NCBI GenBank assembly: GCA_028284775.1
Contig: JANQRB010000154.1
Span: forward strand, 39,785 to 103,784
Reading direction: 5' to 3'
DNA: 64,000 nucleotides
From: Candidatus Kapaibacterium sp.
GTDB taxonomy: Bacteria > Bacteroidota > Ignavibacteria > Kapaibacteriales > UBA7675
Shown here: positions 37,203 to 48,216 of the stretch, piece by piece
How the letters are laid out: the number at the start of each line of letters is the position of its first letter
Numbering within the stretch: position 1 is the stretch's first letter
The notes under the pieces: generated by a model
What the model saw: only the letters and a program-made list of their open reading frames with translations
Told to the model about the DNA's origin: nothing
Databases searched by the model: none
Translations under genes and position numbers: made by a program

Positions 37203-38651
37203 ATGTCCATTAAAGATATTATTCGGGAGCAGACTCCCTGGAGCTGGGAGATCCCGCGTTCATACAACGACGCTATGGCTGTGCCTGCGCTGGTTTTCGC
37301 CGATGCGGCGATGCTCCGCGATGTCATGAGCGACCGTTCGCTTGAACAATTGGTGAACGTTGCCTCCCTGCCTGGGATTCTGCGCGCGGCGATGGTGATG
37401 CCTGATGTCCATGAAGGCTATGGCTTCCCCATTGGCGGTATTGCGGCTACCGAATACCCGCATGGCGCCATTTCACCCGGTGGCATCGGCTACGACATCA
37501 ACTGCGGTGTCCGCCTGCTGACAACCGAGTTTCTGTACACCGACCTCAGCGACAAGTTTCGCAAGCTGGCCGAGGAGCTGAACCGACAGATCCCCTCCGG
37601 CGTCGGAAGGGGCGGCAGCCTGCGACTGTCGCAATCGGAGTTGGACAGGGTGCTGAACGAGGGGGCGCCCTATCTGATTGCCCAGGGCTACGGCTCGCCG
37701 CGTGACGCCCATTTTACCGAATCGGGCGGCTGCCTGGACTGGGCGGACGCCAATCAAGTGTCGGAAGATGCGCGCCGGCGCGGATTCAACCAGGTGGGAA
37801 CCATGGGCAGCGGTAATCATTTCGTGGAGATCGACCGCGTCGATTCGATTTTCGATGCCGATACCGCCGACCGCTTCGGGCTGCGTATGAATCAGGTTGT
37901 TGTGTTGATTCACACCGGCTCGCGCGGCCTCGGTCATCAGGTGGCCACCGATTACATCCGGCTTCTGATGTCGGCGATGCCGAAGTACGACATCCACCTG
38001 CCGGATCGCGAGCTGGCCTGCGTTCCTTTGTCATCACCGGAGGGCAGCGACTATTTCAAAGCGATGGCCGCTGCCGCTAATTTTGCATGGGCCAACCGTC
38101 AGCTGATTACTCATAGAGTGCGCACCGCCTTTGCCAATGTATTGGGGACAAAACGCAGCGGACAGATAGAGGTACTCTATGATGTGGCCCATAATATTGC
38201 CAAGATTGAAGAGCATGAAGTGGATGGCAGACGCAAACAGGTCATCGTGCATCGCAAAGGCGCTACCCGCGCCTTTGGTCCCGGAAATCCCGAAGTCGTA
38301 GAGGAATATCGCAATGAGGGGCAGCCGGTGTTGATTCCCGGCAGTATGGGGACCGCCTCATTCGTATTGGCCGGCACTGAAAAGAGCATGCAGTACAGCT
38401 TCGGCTCGACCTGTCATGGCGCGGGACGCCGTATGTCGCGGACGAGGGCCCGGAAAGAAGTCAGGGCCAGCGAGCTTATCCAGAAGCTGGCGAGCAAGGG
38501 AATTCATGTGCAGGCGGGCTCGAAACGTGGACTTACGGAAGAGGCGCCGTTGGCGTATAAAGATGTCAATGCCGTCGTCGACATCGTGCATGATGCCGGA
38601 ATTGCCCGTAAGATTGCCCGTCTGCGCCCCGTTGCGGTGGTAAAGGGCTAA
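37203..38651 (+). CDS. rtcB: RNA-splicing ligase RtcB
   Basis: The metal-binding motifs are DINCGVR, ...GSGNHF... and ...HNIAKIEEH... The ORF track starts at 37032, but the ATG at 37203 (MSIKDIIREQTPW...) fits the length of RtcB homologs. Confidence 0.9.
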   Translation: MSIKDIIREQTPWSWEIPRSYNDAMAVPALVFADAAMLRDVMSDRSLEQLVNVASLPGILRAAMVMPDVHEGYGFPIGGIAATEYPHGAISPGGIGYDINCGVRLLTTEFLYTDLSDKFRKLAEELNRQIPSGVGRGGSLRLSQSELDRVLNEGAPYLIAQGYGSPRDAHFTESGGCLDWADANQVSEDARRRGFNQVGTMGSGNHFVEIDRVDSIFDADTADRFGLRMNQVVVLIHTGSRGLGHQVATDYIRLLMSAMPKYDIHLPDRELACVPLSSPEGSDYFKAMAAAANFAWANRQLITHRVRTAFANVLGTKRSGQIEVLYDVAHNIAKIEEHEVDGRRKQVIVHRKGATRAFGPGNPEVVEEYRNEGQPVLIPGSMGTASFVLAGTEKSMQYSFGSTCHGAGRRMSRTRARKEVRASELIQKLASKGIHVQAGSKRGLTEEAPLAYKDVNAVVDIVHDAGIARKIARLRPVAVVKG

Positions 38652-38727
38652 GGCGAATTCCCGCCGCGATCGAGCCGGGGCAAAAGTTTTTTTGTGCGTC
38701 GGCAAATGCGTAGCTTGTAGCTTTTAA

Positions 38728-41682
38728 ATGATTTTTTCTCGCTATTGCGGCGCATTACACGTGGCTAAACGGAAGGCAAGCAATGGAGCGGGTGGCAAAA
38801 CGACGACCAAGGTAATCGCGGTTCGCGGCGCCCGGGTTCACAATCTGAAGAATATTTCGCTGGAGATACCGCGCAACCGCTTTACGGTCGTAACGGGCGT
38901 CAGCGGCTCCGGCAAGTCCTCACTGGCATTCGATACGCTCTATGCCGAGGGGCAGCGGCGGTTTGTCGAGTCGCTCTCGGCCTATGCACGGCAGTTTCTG
39001 GAACGAATGAATAAGCCGGAAGTCGATCTGATCACCGGTATTCCTCCGGCTATCGCCATCGAACAGAAAACTGTGTCGCGCAATCCTCGCTCCACCGTCG
39101 GAACGTCGACAGAGGTCTACGATTATCTGCGTTTGCTGTTTGGACGCCTTGGCACCACGATCTGCAAGAAGTGCGGCAATCCGGTGCGCAAAGATACGCC
39201 GCAGTCGGCGCTGGAACAGATGCTGAGCTCCTGGAAGAGCGGCGACAAACTCTTCGTATTGTTTCCGCTGCCAAGGCACCAGGGCCATGAGATTGATGAA
39301 GAAATGCAGAACATGCGCGAACAGGGCTTTTTTCGTCTTGTGCTCCCCAGCGCCAACGAAATCTACGACCTTGACGGCGACGGCTTGCCGCGCAAAGTAG
39401 CAAAAGAAGAGGTGTTTGTTCTCGCCGACCGTGTGGTGCTGCGCAACAATGAAGATACGCGCTCTCGCCTTGTCGATTCCCTGGAAACCGCCTTCAACAA
39501 AGGTGACGGCCGCTGCACCGTGCGGAACATCAGCCGCGAAGAAGAACTGCATTTCAGCACACGATTCGAGTGCGCAGTGGATGGCATTGTCTACGAAGAA
39601 CCGCAGCCGCGACTTTTTTCGTTTAACAATCCCTTCGGGGCCTGCCCGCAGTGCCAGGGTTTCGGGCGCTGTATCGGCATCGACGAAAACCTTGTCATAC
39701 CCGATCGGCGCAAGTCGATTATGGAAGGCGCCATTCACCCCTTTACCACGCCGACACACTCGAAACATCTGCGGGGTCTGCTCAGCGAAGCCAAAAAGCA
39801 CGCCATTCCCCTCGATAAACCGATCGATGCCTTGACGCAAGCGCATATGGACTTTTTGTGGGATGGCGGGGGGCAGTATATCGGCATCAACGGCTTCTTC
39901 AAAATGCTGGAAGAAAAGTCCTACAAGATGCACTACCGTGTACTCATGAGCCGCTACCGCGGTTATACGCGCTGTAACGCATGCAAGGGTTCGCGCCTTC
40001 GCACGTCGGCGCGTCAGGTCTATTTATCCGGTAAGAACCTGCCTCAGGTCGTCACGATGACACTGGGCGCTGCACAGCAGTTTGTCGAAGAGCTCGACCT
40101 AGACGACTACGGCGAGAAAGTTGCCGGGCGAATCGTTGCCGAGCTTCGAAATCGCTTGCGTCTACTCGTGGAGATCGGGGTTGAGTATCTGACCCTCGAC
40201 CGTTTGTCGCATACGCTGTCCGGCGGCGAATCCCAGCGTCTGCATCTGGCCTCTTCGATCGGTTCCTCCCTGGTGGGAGCGCTGTATGTGCTTGACGAAC
40301 CGAGCATCGGGCTGCATCCTCGTGACACCGAGCGTATGATCGGCATACTGCACAAGCTGCGGAACCTCGGCAATACCGTCATCGTCGTGGAACATGATAC
40401 CGACATAATGCGCAGCGCCGACTCCATAATTGACATGGGGCCGCGCGCCGGCGAGCATGGCGGCACCGTCGTTTTTCAGGGCAGCTACGAAGCCCTGTGT
40501 AAATCACGCTCCTCGATCACCGGTAAATATCTCAGCGGCAAGTCTTCGATCCGGGTGCCGGAGACGCGCAGTCCGGGCAACGGCCGGAAGCTGCTCATCC
40601 GCAAGCCGAGCGAACACAACCTCAAGGGACAGAACGTCACGATACCCCTGGGCTGCAAAGTCGTGGTAACGGGCGTCAGCGGCTCCGGCAAAAGCACCCT
40701 TATTCACGATGTGCTGTACAGCAGCCTGATGCGCGCGCGCGGCAAGCAAATCAGCAGCGCGGGCCGCTGCGAAGGTATCGAGGGCATGGAGCACATCGTC
40801 AATGTTGAAATGATCGATCAGTCGCCGATCGGCAAATCTCCCCGATCGACGCCGGCTACCTATACCAAAGCCTTCGATGCTGTTCGCGAAGTATTCGCCG
40901 CCACGCAGATTGCCCGCCGGCACAAACGCAAACCGGGCTACTTCTCTTTTAATGTCCCCGGCGGACGCTGCCCCACCTGCGAAGGCGATGGAATGGTCAA
41001 AATCGAAATGCAGTTTTTGGCCGACATTTTCCTGGAATGTGAAGATTGCAAAGGCAGCCGCTACCAGAAAGAAGCGCGTGAAATCCTGTATAAGGACAAG
41101 TCAATTGTCGACGTGTTGAAAATGACCGTCGATGAGGCCCTCGAATATTTCAGCGACGAAGCCAAGGTCAAGCGACGCTTGAAAATCCTCAAAGACGTTG
41201 GGCTGGGCTACATTCGACTGGGACAGCCGGGTACGACCCTTTCCGGCGGTGAGGCGCAACGAGTAAAGCTCGCCGCCCATTTGCAGGTTAAAAACAGCGA
41301 TCCGACCCTTTTCATATTTGATGAGCCTACGACCGGCCTCCATTTCGACGACATCGCTAAATTACTCCATTGCTTCGATCAACTGGTGGAACGGGGGCAC
41401 TCGGTGGTAATTGTGGAGCATAATCTCGATGTCATCAAATCCGCCGACTGGATTATAGACCTGGGGCCGGATGCCGGTGAAGCCGGCGGTAAGGTTGTTG
41501 TGGCCGGAACGCCGGAAAAAGTGGCGCTGGCCGAGAGCTCGCATACCGGAAGATTTCTCCGCGAAGCACTCTTCGGACCGGTCGGCGGTTCGGGCAAGTC
41601 GCCCAACGGTGCGTCCACGCGTCGATCCGCCGCGGCGAACACCCGCCGGAAATCCCTTGCCGCCAGTGGCAATTCGCGTTAG
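38728..41682 (+). CDS. uvrA: Excinuclease ABC subunit A (UvrA)
   Basis: ...[49 protein letters not shown]... Two ABC modules and Cys4 zinc fingers ([16 protein letters not shown]) are present. The protein has an unusual ~40-aa basic C-terminal tail. Confidence 0.95.
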   Translation: MIFSRYCGALHVAKRKASNGAGGKTTTKVIAVRGARVHNLKNISLEIPRNRFTVVTGVSGSGKSSLAFDTLYAEGQRRFVESLSAYARQFLERMNKPEVDLITGIPPAIAIEQKTVSRNPRSTVGTSTEVYDYLRLLFGRLGTTICKKCGNPVRKDTPQSALEQMLSSWKSGDKLFVLFPLPRHQGHEIDEEMQNMREQGFFRLVLPSANEIYDLDGDGLPRKVAKEEVFVLADRVVLRNNEDTRSRLVDSLETAFNKGDGRCTVRNISREEELHFSTRFECAVDGIVYEEPQPRLFSFNNPFGACPQCQGFGRCIGIDENLVIPDRRKSIMEGAIHPFTTPTHSKHLRGLLSEAKKHAIPLDKPIDALTQAHMDFLWDGGGQYIGINGFFKMLEEKSYKMHYRVLMSRYRGYTRCNACKGSRLRTSARQVYLSGKNLPQVVTMTLGAAQQFVEELDLDDYGEKVAGRIVAELRNRLRLLVEIGVEYLTLDRLSHTLSGGESQRLHLASSIGSSLVGALYVLDEPSIGLHPRDTERMIGILHKLRNLGNTVIVVEHDTDIMRSADSIIDMGPRAGEHGGTVVFQGSYEALCKSRSSITGKYLSGKSSIRVPETRSPGNGRKLLIRKPSEHNLKGQNVTIPLGCKVVVTGVSGSGKSTLIHDVLYSSLMRARGKQISSAGRCEGIEGMEHIVNVEMIDQSPIGKSPRSTPATYTKAFDAVREVFAATQIARRHKRKPGYFSFNVPGGRCPTCEGDGMVKIEMQFLADIFLECEDCKGSRYQKEAREILYKDKSIVDVLKMTVDEALEYFSDEAKVKRRLKILKDVGLGYIRLGQPGTTLSGGEAQRVKLAAHLQVKNSDPTLFIFDEPTTGLHFDDIAKLLHCFDQLVERGHSVVIVEHNLDVIKSADWIIDLGPDAGEAGGKVVVAGTPEKVALAESSHTGRFLREALFGPVGGSGKSPNGASTRRSAAANTRRKSLAASGNSR

Positions 41683-41695
41683 TTTTGGTGAATAT

Positions 41696-42208
41696 ATGAG
41701 AACCTTTGTCGCGATTCGAAACGCCTTTCTTGCCCTTGCGGTCCTTTTGAACCTGACAGCCTGCTCCGACAGTCCGGGCGATCAGGCGCCGGACCCCAAC
41801 GATCCGAACCTGGCTCTACCCGGTACGCTGCGTGTTGATCTGGACGGCATTCCCTACGAGCCGGCCGAAGATCGTATCAGCCTGCAATTCAATGACGAGA
41901 CGAAAGAGCTGCTCATAGCCGTTGTGGATGGCGACGTGCTGATGACAATCAAATTAGCCAATTCCGGTGCGACCAACACCCACGAACTGGGACCGGAAAA
42001 GGAAAGTAGCATCGTTTATCGCGTCGGTGTCGGCGTGCAGACCGCCTATGTCAGTACTAAGGAGGGCGGCGGCGGCTCCGCGTTCGTCGCTTCATTTTTG
42101 AGTACCGGCGCTATCGGCAGTTTCCAGGGTACGCTTGTTAACAGCAACGATCCCGATGACATAATCGTGATGGAAAACGGCGTATTCAATCTGCGATTCA
42201 ATGAATAA
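41696..42208 (+). CDS. Hypothetical lipoprotein
   Basis: MRTFVAIRNAFLALAVLLNLTAC|SDS carries an LTAC lipobox. The protein is 170 aa. The ORF track reads through from 41471 inside the uvrA 3' end. Confidence 0.5.
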   Translation: MRTFVAIRNAFLALAVLLNLTACSDSPGDQAPDPNDPNLALPGTLRVDLDGIPYEPAEDRISLQFNDETKELLIAVVDGDVLMTIKLANSGATNTHELGPEKESSIVYRVGVGVQTAYVSTKEGGGGSAFVASFLSTGAIGSFQGTLVNSNDPDDIIVMENGVFNLRFNE

Positions 42209-42262
42209 TTTGCATGCTCCCCGGCCGATCGTCCGGCTCCTATTTTCTTTCAGTCCGGTACT

Positions 42263-43333
42263 ATGAAACAAGCGGGAAAGAAAGTTTTTAAGGTTCTTTT
42301 CCCCGGCATCATTTTGCTGGGGTCGTTTTATTTCGCGCTCAGCGATGTTAATCCCGACGAGATTCTCGACGCTCTTGCGGCAGCGGACATGCGCTGGATA
42401 TTGGCTACACTGCCCATTATCGTCGTTTCACATTATTTGCGCGCCATTCGCTGGCAGATTATGCTGAGCCCGGTGAAGAAAAGTGTCTCGCACTTCAATG
42501 CCTTTTCGGCCCTGATGATTTCCTACCTGTTTAACAATCTTATACCGCGGTCCGGCGAGCTTGCCCGACCGTTTATCCTGGCGCGTCGTGAAGAAATCCC
42601 GGTATCGACGACCCTGGCCTCCGTCGTTGTCGAGCGCGTCATCGATGTCCTGAGCCTGCTGATCCTGATGTTGCTGGCCTTGTGGGCCTTCAGCGCGCAG
42701 ATGGCGCAGGTGTTCACGGACTCCAGAATCGAGGGCGATCCGAATGCCGCCCTGCCGATTCTGCTGCTGATCGCAGCCCTCCTGCTCTTTTTGATGTATT
42801 TGCTCCTGCGTACGAATATTGCCCAGCGCATCCTGCAGTTTACGGTGCAGCGCTACTCCGATAGAGTGTACAATAAATTACTGGCGCAGCTCAACGCCTT
42901 TCGCGACGGCTTTGCCGTCCTTGCGCATCCCAGGCTCTATCCGAAAGTCTTTATTGTCACGGTGGTGATGTGGGCGCTTTATGTCATTCCGCTTTATATG
43001 GTCTTCGAGTCATTCGGCCTCAGCAGATATTATCCTCTGACGCTGTTTGACGCTAATGTTTTATGTGTTGTCACCAGTGTTGCCATCGCGGTTGCCCCGA
43101 CACCCGGCGCCGCCGGCGTTTACCATGCCGCGGCACGCGTGGCTCTTGAAAGTATTTATCAGGTGCCTTCGGGCGAGGCTGCCGCCTACGCCTTTGTTGC
43201 CCATGCAATCGGTTTTTTCACCAACATGATCGTCGGTAGTATATTTTTGCTTCGTGAAAATGCGATCGGCATTTCGCTGCGCACGCTTAAGGATCAGCCT
43301 CAAGACTCCAAAGCCATCGCCGATAATCAATAA
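42263..43333 (+). CDS. Flippase-like / UPF0104 (lysylphosphatidylglycerol-synthase TM-region-like) membrane protein
   Basis: The protein is 356 aa and polytopic. The N-terminal region ...ILDALAAADMRWILATLPIIVVSHYLRAIRWQIML... is typical of the TIGR00374 family. Confidence 0.7.
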   Translation: MKQAGKKVFKVLFPGIILLGSFYFALSDVNPDEILDALAAADMRWILATLPIIVVSHYLRAIRWQIMLSPVKKSVSHFNAFSALMISYLFNNLIPRSGELARPFILARREEIPVSTTLASVVVERVIDVLSLLILMLLALWAFSAQMAQVFTDSRIEGDPNAALPILLLIAALLLFLMYLLLRTNIAQRILQFTVQRYSDRVYNKLLAQLNAFRDGFAVLAHPRLYPKVFIVTVVMWALYVIPLYMVFESFGLSRYYPLTLFDANVLCVVTSVAIAVAPTPGAAGVYHAAARVALESIYQVPSGEAAAYAFVAHAIGFFTNMIVGSIFLLRENAIGISLRTLKDQPQDSKAIADNQ

Positions 43334-43485
43334 TCGGACTGTCTCTGCCCTGCTCGCAGAACCCGAGGGAAGTAGATTTTATTCTTATATTCGCAGGACG
43401 ATGGATCGCCGTGGCATACCTGAGACTGCCGTTAATCCTTCGTGTATCCACAAACGGGCCTGTTGAACAATCTGAACTGCCTCAA

Positions 43486-44871
43486 ATGCAAAAGACGCTG
43501 GAATACATAGAGTCGCATCAGGATCAGCACATTCGAGACCTCAGTGAATTTCTGGCTATTCCGAGTGTCAGCACCGATGCGGAATACAAAGCCGATGTAG
43601 AACGCTGCGCCGCCTGGCTGTCGGAGCACCTTGCCCAGTGCGGTCTGGAAAATGTGCAGCAGATTCCAAGCGGCGGCCATCCCGCGGTCTACGCCGACTG
43701 GCTGCACGCGGGCAGTAACGCGCCCACAGTACTTTTCTATGGCCATTATGACGTTCAGCCTGTTGATCCTTTGGACCTATGGACATCGCCGCCCTTCGAA
43801 CCGATCGTCAAGGACGGCAAAATCTATGCCCGCGGAGCTGTCGATGACAAGGGGCAGGTAATGCTGCAAATCAAAGCTCTCGAAGCCTGTTTGCGTAGCG
43901 ACGGTCGCCTGCCCGTTAATGTGAAGCTCCTGATCGAGGGAGAAGAGGAAATCGGCAGTGAACATCTGGAAGATATACTGCGCGAGCATCGGGAGCGCCT
44001 TGCCTGCGACGTAATCCTCATTAGCGATACAGCCATGTTCGGCCCTGCAATGCCGTCGCTGGTATATGGCCTTCGCGGCCTGACCTATATGGAGATTACC
44101 GTTCACGGACCAAATCGGGATCTGCATTCCGGCTCTTTTGGCGGCGCTGTGGACAACCCCGCGAACGCATTGTGCGCAATGATTGCGCAACTGAAAGATG
44201 CTTTCGGTCGGATTCAGATTCCGGGCTTCTACGATAGCGTGCGGTCTGTCAGTGAAACTGAACGCCGGGAATTGCAGCGATTGCCCTGGGACGAACAGGG
44301 CTATGCCGACTCGCTGGGCCTCGCCCACACCAATGGTGAATTCGGCTATTCCACATTGGAGCGGCTCTGGGCGCGTCCGACGCTGGATGTCAATGGTATA
44401 TGGGGCGGATTTACGGGCGAAGGAGCCAAAACCGTCCTGCCCGCCAAAGCTTCGGCGAAAATTTCGATGCGTCTGGTTCCCGATCAGGACTGTCACGACA
44501 TCGCCGAAAAATTTGAGCAGTACATCAGAACGATCGCTCCTCCGACGGTTCGTGTCGAAGTTCAATCGCTGCACGGCGGCAACCCGGCCCTGACGGAGAT
44601 CGACAGCGTCGGTATGCGTGCGGCGATGCGCGCGCTCGAGCTGGCCTATGGCAGGAAACCATTTCTGCAGCGCGAAGGAGGGTCCATTCCGATTGTTCTG
44701 GTGCTGCAGGAGATTCTCGCTGCCGACACGGTTCTGATGGGCTTTGGATTAAACACCGAAAATACCCACTCGCCCAATGAGCACTTTTCGCTCGCCAACT
44801 ACAAAAGCGGCAGCATTGCCACAGCGCATTTTTACCACGAACTGTTAAATCTTTCTGCAGGCAGTGCATGA
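43486..44871 (+). CDS. M20-family metallopeptidase (dipeptidase-like)
   Basis: ...HYDVQPVDPLDLWTSPPFEPIVKDGKIYARGAVDDKGQ... shows the M20 metal-binding His/Asp context. A dimerisation domain is present. Confidence 0.8.
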   Translation: MQKTLEYIESHQDQHIRDLSEFLAIPSVSTDAEYKADVERCAAWLSEHLAQCGLENVQQIPSGGHPAVYADWLHAGSNAPTVLFYGHYDVQPVDPLDLWTSPPFEPIVKDGKIYARGAVDDKGQVMLQIKALEACLRSDGRLPVNVKLLIEGEEEIGSEHLEDILREHRERLACDVILISDTAMFGPAMPSLVYGLRGLTYMEITVHGPNRDLHSGSFGGAVDNPANALCAMIAQLKDAFGRIQIPGFYDSVRSVSETERRELQRLPWDEQGYADSLGLAHTNGEFGYSTLERLWARPTLDVNGIWGGFTGEGAKTVLPAKASAKISMRLVPDQDCHDIAEKFEQYIRTIAPPTVRVEVQSLHGGNPALTEIDSVGMRAAMRALELAYGRKPFLQREGGSIPIVLVLQEILAADTVLMGFGLNTENTHSPNEHFSLANYKSGSIATAHFYHELLNLSAGSA

Positions 44872-45800
44872 ATGCTGCGACGCGAATTCTCTTAACGGGC
44901 GGCGGCGGATTTTTCGGCCTGAATGCCATCGCGGTATTCGATTCGCTGGGATATACTGTGGTCCCGGCGTCGCGCAATCCGGAACAATATGCGGCGTATG
45001 CGCCCTCGCTTTCCTTCGTGGAGCTAGACATAAACGTTCCGGAGAGTCTGTCCAAAGCCGCGGCCCAGGTACGCCCCGACATTATCGTCCATGCCGCCGC
45101 CTACGCCAGCCCCGGTTTGTGCGAGCAAAATCCCGTTCGTGCCCAGGAGGTTAATGCCGGCGGCGCCGCTAAGGTCTTCAGTATTGCGGTCGCCCTGGAC
45201 ATACCATTTATCTTTTTGTCGACCGATCTCGTGTTTAACGGTGCGCGTGGTTATTACAGCGAGCTTGACGTGCCGGAGCCCGTTGTCAGGTATGGGGCGA
45301 CGAAGCTGACGACCGAACGTATGTTGGCCGAACAGCGATTGTTTGACAAATGGGCTGTGCTGCGCTGTTCGCTGATGTTCGGCTTGCCGACGCCATGGAA
45401 TGAAGGCTTCCCTTATTTTGCGCTTAACGCATTAAAACGTGGTGAACAGCCGACGCTTTTTTACGATCAATACCGCAGTCCCGTCTATTGCGCCGATGTG
45501 GCGCGGGCGGTCGATGCCGTCGTTAGAGGCGAGTTGTATCGTGAAGTATTTAACATCGGCGGGCCGGAGCGTCTTAACCGCGTGCAGTTTGTCGAGCGCT
45601 ATTGTCGTCGTGCCGGTATCGATTTCAGCCGCATACACAAAGCGTCGATGAATGATATGCCCGCCTACACGACCCGCGTCGCGGACGTATCGCTTACGGC
45701 AAACAAACTGACGGATTGCAGCGCCTGGCAGCCGACTGCGCTCGATGTCGCATTCGACGAGATGATCGAACGCGTGGAAGCGACAGCCTTTTCCGTGTAG
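44868..45800 (+). CDS. NAD(P)-dependent SDR-family reductase, RmlD (dTDP-4-dehydrorhamnose reductase)-like
   Basis: The start ATG overlaps the upstream stop. ILLTGGGGFFG is a Rossmann motif. A catalytic YxxxK context is present. The protein is 310 aa. Confidence 0.7.
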   Translation: MNAATRILLTGGGGFFGLNAIAVFDSLGYTVVPASRNPEQYAAYAPSLSFVELDINVPESLSKAAAQVRPDIIVHAAAYASPGLCEQNPVRAQEVNAGGAAKVFSIAVALDIPFIFLSTDLVFNGARGYYSELDVPEPVVRYGATKLTTERMLAEQRLFDKWAVLRCSLMFGLPTPWNEGFPYFALNALKRGEQPTLFYDQYRSPVYCADVARAVDAVVRGELYREVFNIGGPERLNRVQFVERYCRRAGIDFSRIHKASMNDMPAYTTRVADVSLTANKLTDCSAWQPTALDVAFDEMIERVEATAFSV

Positions 45801-45880
45801 CGCGTCTGCGGCACGATCGCCGGTTTCCCGGATTTGCGAACGAATCCGCCCGGAACACAGCTAGTACAGAGGAAACGCCG

Positions 45881-46480
45881 GTGACGCCCATTGAAATCGC
45901 AGCCAGAAAGGAGAGCCTGCGCTCCGCGATGCAAGAGCGACGCGCCACTCTGGCAGCGGCGCTCCGCAAACGCTATTCCCTCGCGATATGCGAAAACCTG
46001 TTGTCCCTGCCCCGCATTCAGGCCGCCCCCTGCGTCCATGTTTATTGTTCCTTTGCTTCGGAACCCGACAGCTTTATGGTTATGCGGCGTCTCTTCGATC
46101 TTAACAAACGAATACTGATCCCACTCGTCAGCGCCGATAACAGTCGCGAACTGCGACACGCGGAGATCCTTCCCGATGAGCGATTCGGCACCGGCCGCTT
46201 TGGAATTCCGGTACCTGAACGCACACCCGACTACTGCGACGCCGCTGCGACTTTGACACCGGACGACTGCGTCGTAGTGCCGCTGCTGGCCTTCGACCGT
46301 CAGTTGCGGCGTCTGGGGTATGGTAAGGGCTATTACGATCGTTTTCTCGCCCGGACCTCGGCATGGCGGATCGGCCTGGCCTTTGCCGCGCTTGAATGTC
46401 CGGAAGTACCGTCCGACCGCCACGACATTCCTCTCCACCAGATTGTCACTGAGCAGGGGATACTGTCTGCCGACGTCTGA
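45881..46480 (+). CDS. 5-formyltetrahydrofolate cyclo-ligase
   Basis: ...LLAFDRQLRRLGYGKGYYDRFL... is the 5-FCL family motif. A GTG start at 45881 is preceded by AGAGGA at 45868-45873. The longer ORF-track start at 45716 would overlap the upstream gene. Confidence 0.75.
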   Translation: MTPIEIAARKESLRSAMQERRATLAAALRKRYSLAICENLLSLPRIQAAPCVHVYCSFASEPDSFMVMRRLFDLNKRILIPLVSADNSRELRHAEILPDERFGTGRFGIPVPERTPDYCDAAATLTPDDCVVVPLLAFDRQLRRLGYGKGYYDRFLARTSAWRIGLAFAALECPEVPSDRHDIPLHQIVTEQGILSADV

Positions 46481-46744
46481 GCATTGTTCAACGTCGCCGG
46501 ATAGAATCCTGGTCGTACGGCAGATTGCTTGCAAGGCAAGTCGGCAGATCCGGCGGAAATTGTTGGCCGTAATGGTTTTACTGACTGTTTGCGTATAATT
46601 TGCGGCCGGCAATCGGCACTATTTGTCAATGGCGGGAATTTTCACAATCTTCCGGCTGTTTCCTGGCACAAAATTCCGCATCCTGCAACCAGATCTGCCA
46701 CGTCGGTTTGTTCTACACATTGTAGAAACGGAATGATTGGCCCT

Positions 46745-48133
46745 ATGAAAAATCGTCTATTGCTTTTACTGATGATTTGCTGGATGACGGCGCCTCTTGC
46801 GGGGCAATCGCCGAATCCCAAGTTTACTCTCTGGCAAACGCCCAGCCTGTTGCGCGGCTTCAATCTGATGGATCTCAACGAATTGAGTCTGGATGAAGTT
46901 AAGGTCGTCAAAGACGCCGGCGCCAGCTTTGCTTATGTCTCGACGCACGGTATCTGGGAGGTCGAGTTTCCGCATGCATTGCGTCCCGATCGTCTGCAAC
47001 TACTCGACAGCCTCGTGCAGCATTGTAGGCGGCTCGAATTGTATTATGCCATTGCCGTGCGGGAAGGACCGGGCCGGCGCGACGTTTTTCAGGAATCGGA
47101 GTTAGGCGCCGCTCCCTCGACGATCTGGACAAACGCGAAGGAGCAGGCAGCGTATGGCGCGATGCTGAAGTCACTGGCGGAGCGCTACGGAGGCGACGAG
47201 GCCTGCATTGGCCTGGCGCCCTTTGTTGAGCCCAATCCACTCTTTCGGCAGGTCCACAGCAGCGGAGCGCTTCTGAAGGCGCGACTCGAACAGAATGGGA
47301 TCGATCTGCCGGCAATCTATGAGGCTCTGATCGACTCGATTCGCAGCGTGCGGCCCTTCCTGCCGGTTATCGTACAGAACGCCGGCTATTCGAGCCCGGA
47401 ATACTTCGACATTATGGAGGAGCAGCGCGACGAGTATGTCGTGTACGAGTTTCATTCCTACCGCCCGAAAGACTATACCAGCGCCAATGAAGTGAATTCC
47501 GTCGAGTATCCGGGGACCTATTTCAGCTTTATCGACCAGGCGCTGAAGTTGCATGACAAACGCTATCTCGACGAAGGCGTATTTCGCTATGTACACGATT
47601 TTCGCCGGCGTACCGGCAAACCGATCTTGTTGGGTGAATTCGGACTGCGCCAGGCTCAAATCGGCGCGCGTCGTTTTCTCGGCGATATCGGCGACATCAT
47701 GCTTGAGTCCGGCTGGCACTTCGCTTTGTGGGAATACAGCGGCGACAAAGGCAATCGCAACTACGACTATCACCTTATGGGCGATGGATATTGGGAAACG
47801 ATAATGTCCATGTTCAGTAAAGAGTCGACCTATCAACCGCCCCTTGAATCCTCCCTGCCTGAAGACAGGCCCGTCGCAACACAGGCGCGGCTCTATCCTC
47901 AACCGGCACGGGATTTTTGCAATCTGGAACTCGAAGCAAGCGGAACCGGTCCGATCGAGCTGCGTTTTTTCGATCTCGCCGGCCGTCTCCGCCTGCAACG
48001 ATCCGGGGCAGTTCTCACGCCCGGTATGTTTTCCATGCGTCTGGATATCGCCGCGCTGCCCGGCGGCTTTTATCGGCTTGACATTCGCGGCGCAGGTATC
48101 CGCAGCTTTGCCGGTGTGCTCGTGCTGCCCTGA
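46745..48133 (+). CDS. Secreted glycoside hydrolase family 5-like enzyme with T9SS C-terminal sorting domain
   Basis: There is a signal peptide MKNRLLLLLMICWMTAPLAGQ. The GH5-type catalytic motifs are FVEPNP (acid/base) and ILLGEFGL (nucleophile). The C-terminus has YPQPARDF...GGFYRLDIRGAGIRSFAGVLVLP. Confidence 0.65.
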   Translation: MKNRLLLLLMICWMTAPLAGQSPNPKFTLWQTPSLLRGFNLMDLNELSLDEVKVVKDAGASFAYVSTHGIWEVEFPHALRPDRLQLLDSLVQHCRRLELYYAIAVREGPGRRDVFQESELGAAPSTIWTNAKEQAAYGAMLKSLAERYGGDEACIGLAPFVEPNPLFRQVHSSGALLKARLEQNGIDLPAIYEALIDSIRSVRPFLPVIVQNAGYSSPEYFDIMEEQRDEYVVYEFHSYRPKDYTSANEVNSVEYPGTYFSFIDQALKLHDKRYLDEGVFRYVHDFRRRTGKPILLGEFGLRQAQIGARRFLGDIGDIMLESGWHFALWEYSGDKGNRNYDYHLMGDGYWETIMSMFSKESTYQPPLESSLPEDRPVATQARLYPQPARDFCNLELEASGTGPIELRFFDLAGRLRLQRSGAVLTPGMFSMRLDIAALPGGFYRLDIRGAGIRSFAGVLVLP

Positions 48134-48216
48134 TCATGGCGCATGCATCGGCAATGCCTGCTATTGTCGCGTGCCCAAAGTTAAGTAATGTGCTAAGGAT
48201 CTGGGTGCAGATCTTC

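Noticed and set aside
38920-39933. 337-aa minus-strand ORF (and 40504-40923)
   Set aside because: It lies inside uvrA on the opposite strand. UvrA identity is unambiguous.
43777-44574. 265-aa minus-strand ORF
   Set aside because: It is antisense to the M20 peptidase gene.
47171-47998. 275-aa minus-strand ORF
   Set aside because: It is antisense to the GH5-like gene, which has catalytic motifs and a T9SS tail.
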